Source: Candidatus Gastranaerophilales bacterium (GTDB taxonomy: Bacteria > Cyanobacteriota > Vampirovibrionia > Gastranaerophilales > Gastranaerophilaceae). Taken from it: DNA of 64,000 nt. Where the stretch lies: assembly GCA_944325315.1 (NCBI GenBank), contig CALVAA010000008.1, positions 22,874 through 86,873 of the forward strand. Reading direction: 5' to 3'. The notes under the pieces were generated by a model. The model did not search any database. It had not been told where the DNA came from and saw only the letters and a program-made list of their open reading frames with translations. Positions within the stretch are counted from its first letter, which is position 1. Each line of letters opens with the position of its first letter. This document shows, piece after piece, positions 28,401-35,687 of this stretch. The position numbers and the translations under genes were made by a program.

Positions 28401-29259
28401 GCCCCAACTGGGGTTTACCTTCAATTTTAAATATATTAAACCAGGGAGATGCCTGCCCCCATTTTAAAACATGCTGAATTAATGGAGATTGTATACTTTG
28501 AGATGTGAAAGCACCATCAGCTACATATCCTTTACCTCTTTTATAAAGCTCAAAATTAAAATCCTTAAAGTCATTTAAATCTGAACATTGGTATAAATTG
28601 CAAGGCCAATATTTATGGCTTGAAATTTTGTCTACTCCAATATCCGGAGTTGTAATAATATATCTGTAAGGGTCAAGAATGTCTGTTTGTTTAAGCATTA
28701 AAAGCAAGCCCTTAACACTGCCTTTAAGCTTATTAAAGTGATTTCTTACAAAATCTTTATCAGCATTTAAATTTAATTTATTATTTACTATAATTGCGTC
28801 GGAATCTATAAAACTGTGGCGCATTGTTCCGGCTTTAGGGGTAACTTCGTAATCTTTCCCTGCTTCAATGACATTTAATCTTTCACTTGAATCTTTAAGA
28901 GGGATAGTTTCGTATGAATCCGTGACATATTTCACGCTTCCGTCATTGGATTCAATTCTGTAACGATATGCAATTCCCTTTCCGCCGTTTTTGAAAGTTT
29001 CATTTGGCAAAAGCAAAGGTTCAAAAGCATAAAATTCTGCTTCTTGAAGTTTTTCTTGCGAAGGATTTTCAAGACGATTGGTTTCTTCATCAGTTTCCAA
29101 AAAAGTGTATTCCAAAAATACCCTTTGAGTTTTATCGTTATAAGGAGGCGGAACAAACTTTACAACAGGCACGTTGTTTATATCGTAGCCGCCTTTTACC
29201 CCTTTAAAATTTATTTTTTGCAGTTTTGAATTTCTAATTTTGTTTACCGATAAATCCAT
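25435..29259 (-). CDS. giant (1274 aa) divergent GH13-family alpha-glucan-active enzyme
   Basis: GH13-like regions are present: GYVADGAFTSQ (region I position), LNWRFDAAKD (region II, nucleophile Asp), IISELTDLW (region III Glu) and MFVDNHDKPR (region IV). No signal peptide is evident. Confidence 0.7.
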   Translation of the reverse strand: MDLSVNKIRNSKLQKINFKGVKGGYDINNVPVVKFVPPPYNDKTQRVFLEYTFLETDEETNRLENPSQEKLQEAEFYAFEPLLLPNETFKNGGKGIAYRYRIESNDGSVKYVTDSYETIPLKDSSERLNVIEAGKDYEVTPKAGTMRHSFIDSDAIIVNNKLNLNADKDFVRNHFNKLKGSVKGLLLMLKQTDILDPYRYIITTPDIGVDKISSHKYWPCNLYQCSDLNDFKDFNFELYKRGKGYVADGAFTSQSIQSPLIQHVLKWGQASPWFNIFKIEGKPQLGLIPKSRKEDDDDPPEDHIGVRIVNNPADRVKYDASQPTYFQLFDDRLASEEQINDSTKLIEAYDKNIEDHYDIISNEDSAYPFYFEIDPLTMPQRMAEFKDRNSAYLYEIRMGKKKFLDFDNFTIVKRNDAGGASYWDGNRDMVKFNLSNPDRTNIEDIKGTQKAREYLLGIATYWTEAIQSDLIYRTAQMSDKEKEKTALNNDISQEDYQEIKSSIDESQYPVLEQNKTINDYIEEFPLQSIETGDDLSAVFAQSEFKKEFLTEETEKEIALILNDVIENVIPKQYKHNNEYKTYVVKTCANRILKNIYVSAMGDNLINKDGSLNYENLKRVNIKNLDYFPALTPESERKQVIKRLHRNLNRAGVQEIEAQLKKELAKISLEDFKLAESIVLQSKAGLNWRFDAAKDIGDLDSARAQNTNFKDLFWKGDYSVCGFWEDYCNKVRQYNPSAYIISELTDLWDFYNTDKFTFDDNGYNPDLKERDFIIQTRATANSNYSKYFNKLSNFVGTNPENFDGVPINSGNLKALKDNVVGFISSVQPNNALLSHMFVDNHDKPRIMHSMPLDMRIFLNDTTKEGFNGLEKEQQERINALFGNVDYNKISSRAIAVALIMNDLIEQEYEGKDKEKLKAALLELAKGQKTSDSKPDRSRSEAFGNLDYRISAKDMFKRAGIVSESKLDDAALEFNYKLLKNSMHGVDSLWQMMNAIPGTPTLFNGTEYAQTGYEEKCKNITVKNREQIVHELKDNPLYKPFYDKMFAVSSLYQQPGMSALRGGFTLPLEVQGIKTLKTSNDGAMNYFIENIEKHGGYKALEEFFETYDGKDGAIKDRFGIDENNGNKKNFIEFYKDGLFKKYYQFESENKELLHYWPLYNYDEKGSQVVSVITNNGLEYKTPSYKTKFQTKNVSVDSIKLTDSDGSCPLAEGTVLKKKVYKNGSFVDDGAEYTIKNKRIVNKNGSNIVLNDTVNHFYVANKRGQDIAFRAIYNGAH

Positions 29260-29303
29260 AGCTTTTAATCCTATAACTTTAAATTTCCCTTTACAAGACT
29301 TTT

Positions 29304-31229
29304 TTAACCTTTAGTAAAATGCTTTTGCTGAATAATATTTTCTTCTTTTGAAAGTTTTTCTATATCCGCATCATCAATTTCAAACACACAAGCTCTGCTT
29401 GCAGGCATTTCAACGGTAACACTGCCGTCTTTGTTGTTTTGAAATTTGCATTCATCTCCATATTTTGGCATTAAATTATTAAATTTCTGCTCCGGTTTCA
29501 AGCCCGGAATAGTTACTTTTGCTCCGACTTTTTGGTTAACATTTCTATTTCCGATAAATAACAGTGTTTTTCCGTCTTTATGTCTTGCAAATGCAATTAC
29601 TTCGGGGTTATTTGTCGGAAGAATAATAAATGAACCCTTGGTTATAACATCCTGAGCATTGTTCATCTCAAGTTTAATGCCGTTATTTAGCTCATTATAT
29701 CTGTTATCTCTTAAGGCAAATGCGGATTTAACAATCTTCGAAATTTCAGGAAAATCACCGCCCGGTTTTCTGGATTTGTTGAAAATATCCATTCTGCCCG
29801 TATGAACCGTGCATTCATGATTATCGGTCAGCGTATCTCTTACAAGCGCATGGTCATATGGATAAATATAATAGTCGCCTGTCTGTAAACCATCGGTTAA
29901 ATAAGGATTAACCTGAGGCAACATGCTCTGCAAAATCGTAGTAAACATTACCCAATTTGCTCCGCCATAAAGCATAGGAGACTGATCATCATGGGTTGCA
30001 AAAGAGCCTATTAATGATTTAGGACCTGTTTTTGCTCCTATCTGATTGTTCATATCAATATTTTCTCTGACATAATCATAAAGCTGGTCTGCCTTTGTCC
30101 AATCATTAAAGATGTGATATTGACCGTAATAGCTGTCAAAACCAACTTCAAGAAGCTCTTGAGGTCTGTCATAAGGCATATTCAGCTGCGGAGATGCATC
30201 TTCATGGGTGTATGTTTCAGCTAACATCGCAAACTGCGGATCTTTGGACCTGACATAATTACTTAAAATATACCAAAATTCAACGGGTTTCGCCCTTCCT
30301 ACATCGGCTCTCAAAGCATCTATTCCAAGTTCAAGATTAGAGTCAAAGTATTTTTTGTGCATATTAAGAAGCGGTAAATTCAACTTTCTTGTTTGTTCGT
30401 CTTCAAAAGGACTAAACATTCTTATATCCTGCCAGCCTTGCGGAACTTTTTCTTTTCCATCGGGACCCATTGCCATCAATTCAGGATGTTTTTTTGCAAA
30501 GTCAACACTGGCACATGAAGGCAAGTCAAGCATTACTTTAATATTGCGCTTGTGGCATTCATCAATAAAATATTTAAATTGGCTAAATCTTACATCCGGA
30601 TCATTTTTGTCCATTTTTATAAGTTTTTTGCCTGTTTTTTGTTCATATATTTTTTCAATTTCAGTTCTTGCCTTGGGGTTTGGATTTTCATCTACAAGCT
30701 CAGGGTCAATAGCTAAGTCCCCGTTGTCTTCAATAAATTTTTCAGGAGCATAGAGCGAACCTGCTGTTCCCATTGCCTTCATTTTTCCGGTAGGATGTAT
30801 GGGGAGCAGATGAAGCATATTAAAGCCTAAATCTTTAATTTCATCTAATCTTTCAACATCATTTACAAAATTGCCGCTTACTTCATCCCCTTGTATTAAT
30901 CCGTTTCCGTCTTTATCCTGAGCATTCATTGTCCTCAATATAACCGCCAAGATATTTGCCTGATTGTTTACAAACATATCCCTTGCGTTATTTCTATAAG
31001 GCTCAACGCTTTGATTTTCAGAAACACCATTGGCACGGCTGGTAGCATTTACAGGGAGAATCTGTTTAGAATTCGCAAGAACGGTCTGCTTTAAAAGGGG
31101 GCTGTATTGAACCTTTTTAGCGGTTTGTTGTTGCATCGGCGACTCTTTTTTAACCTCTTTATTTTGATAAACAGGATTAACACCTAAATTTCTTGCCAAC
31201 ATTGGACTCATTATAGTATTTGTTGTCAT
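29304..31229 (-). CDS. GH13-family enzyme with GlgE-like (maltosyltransferase-type) motifs
   Basis: Contains GFNMLHLLPIHPTG, KVMLDLPSCASVDFAKKHPE, GIDALRADVGRAKPVEFW, FAMLAETYT and FATHDDQ. The pattern resembles the GlgE motifs DFALQCSPDH, FRVDNPHTKP and LAEAFT. No signal peptide is evident. Confidence 0.7.
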   Translation of the reverse strand: MTTNTIMSPMLARNLGVNPVYQNKEVKKESPMQQQTAKKVQYSPLLKQTVLANSKQILPVNATSRANGVSENQSVEPYRNNARDMFVNNQANILAVILRTMNAQDKDGNGLIQGDEVSGNFVNDVERLDEIKDLGFNMLHLLPIHPTGKMKAMGTAGSLYAPEKFIEDNGDLAIDPELVDENPNPKARTEIEKIYEQKTGKKLIKMDKNDPDVRFSQFKYFIDECHKRNIKVMLDLPSCASVDFAKKHPELMAMGPDGKEKVPQGWQDIRMFSPFEDEQTRKLNLPLLNMHKKYFDSNLELGIDALRADVGRAKPVEFWYILSNYVRSKDPQFAMLAETYTHEDASPQLNMPYDRPQELLEVGFDSYYGQYHIFNDWTKADQLYDYVRENIDMNNQIGAKTGPKSLIGSFATHDDQSPMLYGGANWVMFTTILQSMLPQVNPYLTDGLQTGDYYIYPYDHALVRDTLTDNHECTVHTGRMDIFNKSRKPGGDFPEISKIVKSAFALRDNRYNELNNGIKLEMNNAQDVITKGSFIILPTNNPEVIAFARHKDGKTLLFIGNRNVNQKVGAKVTIPGLKPEQKFNNLMPKYGDECKFQNNKDGSVTVEMPASRACVFEIDDADIEKLSKEENIIQQKHFTKG

Positions 31230-34200
31230 TATTTAGTGCCTCCTTTTTCCCCTTCTTCAGGAAATTCTTTTTTGATATTTCCAAACAACGGCTGTACAAG
31301 AAGCGTTGTTGCAACTAAGACTGCCGCCATAGGAGCAAATATTTTCAACCAAGATTTATTATTATATAAGCTTGTTGCATACTTTTGTGCAAGGCTGTTT
31401 AAACTTGGATTTCTCAAATATTTTCTTGTAGCATTTTTTAGCTCTTTTGAACCGTTGGACTTAACAAAATCTTCATCTATTTGAACAAGAAGGTCTTTAA
31501 CATGTTTTTGTATAAATTCAGGCTCATTCTTAAATGCTTCCGGGTCATACAAGGATTTCATAAGCTCAACAAAGTTTATATCTGCAATACCGGCTTTATT
31601 ATTAACCGCAGCAACATTTCCTTGATAAATTAAATACTTTGCGGCGCTTAAAAGTTTTTCTTCACCCGGCTTAGTTATATCTTTATTGAATGGTCTAATT
31701 TTTCCTTCTTTTAACCTTGCTTCAAAATTAGCACAAATTACCGGCCTTGCCACAATAGCTTCAATGTTTGTTTTTTGAGCTTGAATGTAATTTTGTATTA
31801 CATTTATCATCGAGCCGTCTTCACTGCCTAAAAAGGCTCTATTAAGAACTTTATCTCCGGCCGGTAAACCTTTTGCGATATTCTTGGATGCTCTCATAGC
31901 ATCGTCTATAAGGCCTTCACTCGGGCATTTTTCCAATGGTCTTAATAGTTTTTCAACTAATTGATGGTATTCCTTTGAATCGAATTCAACATCCGCTACA
32001 AGATTTTTAAAAAATTCACGCAAATTTTCATAACAGTATTCGTCTGTAGTCATTGTAATTCGTTCTAATAATTCTTTTTCAGATTTTTTCACAAAACCGA
32101 GTTTGTTAAATATATTGTCCATTACTGCAAAATATGTCCTTGTATAACCGGATTCTGCCCTGCTTCCTACTATAGGATTAACTGTTTTTAGATATTCTTT
32201 TACATTTCTGCGTAAAGGAACAACAAAATCCATATTGTAATTAAGGATATACTCTTTAAAAGAGTCCATATTTACATTAACTCTTCTTAAAAGATCGTCT
32301 ATTTGACTTTTTGAAAGGTCAAATTCGGATAATTTTTCCTTGACAAGCATAGGCGAAGGGTTTAATCCAAGGCTTTTTATAAATTCCGATATCTTTTCTT
32401 CGCTTGCAGGTTTTTTTACAACCTTAAGATCTGCCATATCCCTTATTGTGTTTTTAATAGTTTCAGGCGTACAGCTATCATCTATTGCTTTTATATATCC
32501 GTCAATTGCCTGTTGATATTTTGCATTATTTTGCTCTATTGATTTTCTCCAAGCCTTCAGTTTTGTTTTCAGTTCTTCAAGGCTAACATTATCCTTCATT
32601 GCATTAACAAATTTGATAACGTGTTTTTCTCCTTCTGTCGGCTTTTCAATGGTTTTCAAAGAATCAACCAAAGATTCATAAGTATTTTTACCATCCATTA
32701 TATCCATGCATCTTCCGATTGCGTTTATATTTGTGTCAGTATTGGAAGACAATGTTTTTTGCCAATTCTGTAATCTTTCTTTTATTTGTCCGAGACTCAT
32801 ATCGTCTTTTATTGAAGATACAAATTTAGCAATATTTTTGCCTCCTTCAGGCTGATTTTGCGCATCGGTAAGTAATTTTTTGAAAGCTTCGGTTGGTACA
32901 AAGTTTTTATCCACTGTATCAATAAAATTATTTACCAAAGTATCATCTCTTAAAACAGCAGAACCTGAAAATTGTTTTAGACCCTGTAATTTTTCTTTTA
33001 TCTGTTCAAGAGTCATATCATCTTTTATAGAATCGATAAATTTTATAATATCCTCCTGGACACAAGACTGACTCGATAATCTGAGTTTTGATTTAATATT
33101 TTCGCTGCTTAAATCTTCTCCTAAGAATTGCATAAATCTTTCTATTTCAGCTTTTCCTCTTTGAGGCAAAGGTTTATTTGCCGAAATATTATTAAGAGTT
33201 TTATATCTTGTTGTAAGGAGTTCTCTAACTTTTTCTATAGTAGGATTTTCGCCTAATGCATCTGTTATGGATTTAATATCTTCTGCTTCAAGGTTTATAA
33301 GCATGTCTTTTTGGAAAGCCTTATTTCCGGAACCAAAAATACCGCTTTTCGGAATTGCTTTTGTAACGGAAAGGTTTTTTGAGTGTTTACGTGGCTTTGT
33401 TTCAACAATATTTACCCCTTGAAGTTTTTCTTTTAAATCTTTTGCATCAACACTTGCTCTTCTTCCATAAACTTCTTGAAGTGCATCTGCAAGATTTCCC
33501 GAGTTAAATGCTTGTATTGGTTTTACATCATCTAAGCTTCTGAAGTCATTTGAAAGGTCGCCGACATATAAAAGCTGCGCAAGCTCATCAAAGAATTGCT
33601 TATCTGCCGGCTTTGAAGATGAAGAATAACTGTCAATTAATTTTGCGATTTTTCTTTCATTGTGAAGTTCTTTTTTGTGTAAACCAACTTTGTTGGTCAA
33701 AGCAAGAGCTTTATCCTTAATTGCATCTTTTGCTATATCAACTTTCGTTCTGTTACCGTTGATTCTCCTTGAAGCAACCTTTATATCATGTTCTGTTACA
33801 ATATCCCTAACTTTAGGCTCAATAAAGTTTCCGAATAATGAAGTCATCAAAGGAGTTGCAAAACCTGCCGTTGCCATCCATAGCGTTCTGTTTTGAAGGG
33901 CGGTTTTTCTACATTTTTCACGTTCTTTTTCACCAGTAATACCGGTAGCATCCCACACGATAAATTGGTTATCCAAGTACAAGTCTTTTTTATCGCCCTG
34001 AGCACTTATATATTTTTTACCTATATCAACTTTATGAACTAATTTTGCAGGTAAATTAATAAACAGCTTGGGCCACAGAGCCATTGATGCAAAAAATGCA
34101 CCACCGCCTATAAACTGCATTAAAGCTTCTGTCTTGGTTTTTGCTTTTGTTGCCAAGTAAGAAGCAATTAAAACACCGCCTGCCTTCATGCCTAAGTCAT

Positions 34201-34483
34201 TTATGCGTCCTAAATTATTATCGCTCATCTTACCGGTTTTAACAGCTTTAACAAAATTAACGCTGTCGCTTCCGACACCCTTTATGGCACTTACACCTGC
34301 TTCTAAAAGATTTTCATCCACCAATTTTGCTTTTGGTTCATTTGGTTTAACCTGATTTGCTTTATTAGTTAAATCATTGTATATTTTTTCGTGCTTGTTT
34401 TCGGTTTCTTTTTTATTTTCCAAAAAAGCCACATTTTTTTGATTATTCAATCTGTCTTGTAATACGGGACTTATAACTTTCAT
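31229..34483 (-). CDS. 1084-aa membrane-anchored protein of unknown function with internal repeats
   Basis: The long ORF shares 1 nt with both neighbouring genes. Hydrophobic helices lie at about aa 100-143, 200-220 and 1046-1066. A motif of about 20 aa recurs six times between aa 403 and 720. Confidence 0.7.
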   Translation of the reverse strand: MKVISPVLQDRLNNQKNVAFLENKKETENKHEKIYNDLTNKANQVKPNEPKAKLVDENLLEAGVSAIKGVGSDSVNFVKAVKTGKMSDNNLGRINDLGMKAGGVLIASYLATKAKTKTEALMQFIGGGAFFASMALWPKLFINLPAKLVHKVDIGKKYISAQGDKKDLYLDNQFIVWDATGITGEKEREKCRKTALQNRTLWMATAGFATPLMTSLFGNFIEPKVRDIVTEHDIKVASRRINGNRTKVDIAKDAIKDKALALTNKVGLHKKELHNERKIAKLIDSYSSSSKPADKQFFDELAQLLYVGDLSNDFRSLDDVKPIQAFNSGNLADALQEVYGRRASVDAKDLKEKLQGVNIVETKPRKHSKNLSVTKAIPKSGIFGSGNKAFQKDMLINLEAEDIKSITDALGENPTIEKVRELLTTRYKTLNNISANKPLPQRGKAEIERFMQFLGEDLSSENIKSKLRLSSQSCVQEDIIKFIDSIKDDMTLEQIKEKLQGLKQFSGSAVLRDDTLVNNFIDTVDKNFVPTEAFKKLLTDAQNQPEGGKNIAKFVSSIKDDMSLGQIKERLQNWQKTLSSNTDTNINAIGRCMDIMDGKNTYESLVDSLKTIEKPTEGEKHVIKFVNAMKDNVSLEELKTKLKAWRKSIEQNNAKYQQAIDGYIKAIDDSCTPETIKNTIRDMADLKVVKKPASEEKISEFIKSLGLNPSPMLVKEKLSEFDLSKSQIDDLLRRVNVNMDSFKEYILNYNMDFVVPLRRNVKEYLKTVNPIVGSRAESGYTRTYFAVMDNIFNKLGFVKKSEKELLERITMTTDEYCYENLREFFKNLVADVEFDSKEYHQLVEKLLRPLEKCPSEGLIDDAMRASKNIAKGLPAGDKVLNRAFLGSEDGSMINVIQNYIQAQKTNIEAIVARPVICANFEARLKEGKIRPFNKDITKPGEEKLLSAAKYLIYQGNVAAVNNKAGIADINFVELMKSLYDPEAFKNEPEFIQKHVKDLLVQIDEDFVKSNGSKELKNATRKYLRNPSLNSLAQKYATSLYNNKSWLKIFAPMAAVLVATTLLVQPLFGNIKKEFPEEGEKGGTK

Positions 34484-35487
34484 TATGCCACCTCGTATTC
34501 TTTTTTAGTATCAACTTTAGATGTCATTTTATTCGGGTTGTGCTTAAAGGCAATTGTAGGAATCAGCCAGCTTGATAGTGTTGAGGCAATTGAGGCAAAT
34601 ATTAACGCTTTACCGTAATGTTTTGTCACAAGATTTCTATCATTACCTTTCCATAGTTGTTTAGCGGAATCTTTAAAAGCATTTTTAAGAGATTCGAAAG
34701 GCCTTCTGAATGTAAGGCCCGAAAAACCCTTTTGTACCCCAAAGGCAACGCCTAAAGCAGCAAGAATATACTTGTTAACATTTTCTAAAGCACATGAACG
34801 AGCTTTCAGCTCTCTTATTTTATCGTCCATAGTTTGCGCGGGGCAGTTTAATTTATTTTTAAAACCGGCCTTTTTAGCTATTTTATCATTATATGCATTA
34901 ATATCACCATGGTTTAACTCTGAATCTTTACTTAAAAGATCTTTTCTAAAGAAGTTAACGGAATCAAACACGCCAGGGTACTGTACTCTTACAATTCCCT
35001 TTTCCTGTCCGGGTTCGGGGAGTTCTTGTTTTTTATTTATATAACGCATATTTAAATCAACACCTGTTGAAGCATGGATAAGAGTTCTTGAAAGCTTTTG
35101 AGATGCCCATTTGCCGATACCGTATAAAACAACTCCCGCCCCAAAGCATTTGGCAGCACTTCTTGCACAGGATGCATCACTGTCTAAAAATTTACGGTTT
35201 GCAGCCGAATACAAAGCAATTAATGTTGCGCTTCCGACAATATATGGAACCATACCCAAGGATAAATATTCGTAAAAATCACTGTTTTTAGAACCGGCAA
35301 ATCCTTTTGGAAAATAGGTTAAAAAATCGTTATAAAGCTTGTGTGCTCCGGCCTTAACCCCCGATAAAGGACCTTGCTTATAAATGTGTGATTCGTTTTT
35401 GTAAAATTCTTCTTTTTTCTGCTCTTTTGAGGTATAGTAGCCTATTTTGGGCAAATTTTCTATACTCGGACTTTTTATTTGTTGCAT
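34483..35487 (-). CDS. multi-TM membrane protein of unknown function (paralogous to the N-terminus of the 1084-aa protein)
   Basis: The start was chosen at ATG 35487, which has GGGGTGA 4 nt upstream. The ORF track starts at TTG 35502. The protein has 3-4 hydrophobic helices, and its stop overlaps the next start (ATGA). Confidence 0.65.
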   Translation of the reverse strand: MQQIKSPSIENLPKIGYYTSKEQKKEEFYKNESHIYKQGPLSGVKAGAHKLYNDFLTYFPKGFAGSKNSDFYEYLSLGMVPYIVGSATLIALYSAANRKFLDSDASCARSAAKCFGAGVVLYGIGKWASQKLSRTLIHASTGVDLNMRYINKKQELPEPGQEKGIVRVQYPGVFDSVNFFRKDLLSKDSELNHGDINAYNDKIAKKAGFKNKLNCPAQTMDDKIRELKARSCALENVNKYILAALGVAFGVQKGFSGLTFRRPFESLKNAFKDSAKQLWKGNDRNLVTKHYGKALIFASIASTLSSWLIPTIAFKHNPNKMTSKVDTKKEYEVA

Positions 35488-35652
35488 TTTCACCCCAAAC
35501 AACTATCATATATATAAACAACACTAAATTTAAAGTTTTGCCTTTTGTCTTAAATATTCTTTACAATAATTAATAGAGTAAATTTTACACCTAATTTTGC
35601 AATTTTTTGCTTAAACTATTAATTTCAACACGACCGGAGAACATTTTACCTA

Positions 35653-35681
35653 TTGCAAATAATGTTAAAAATTTTTACAAT
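35653..35681 (+). promoter_or_regulatory. sigma-70-type promoter (TTGCAA-17-TACAAT) 6 nt upstream of the ATG
   Basis: TTGCAA lies at 35653-35658 and TACAAT at 35676-35681. The ATG is at 35688 with no SD. Confidence 0.5.
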
Positions 35682-35687
35682 ACTAAT

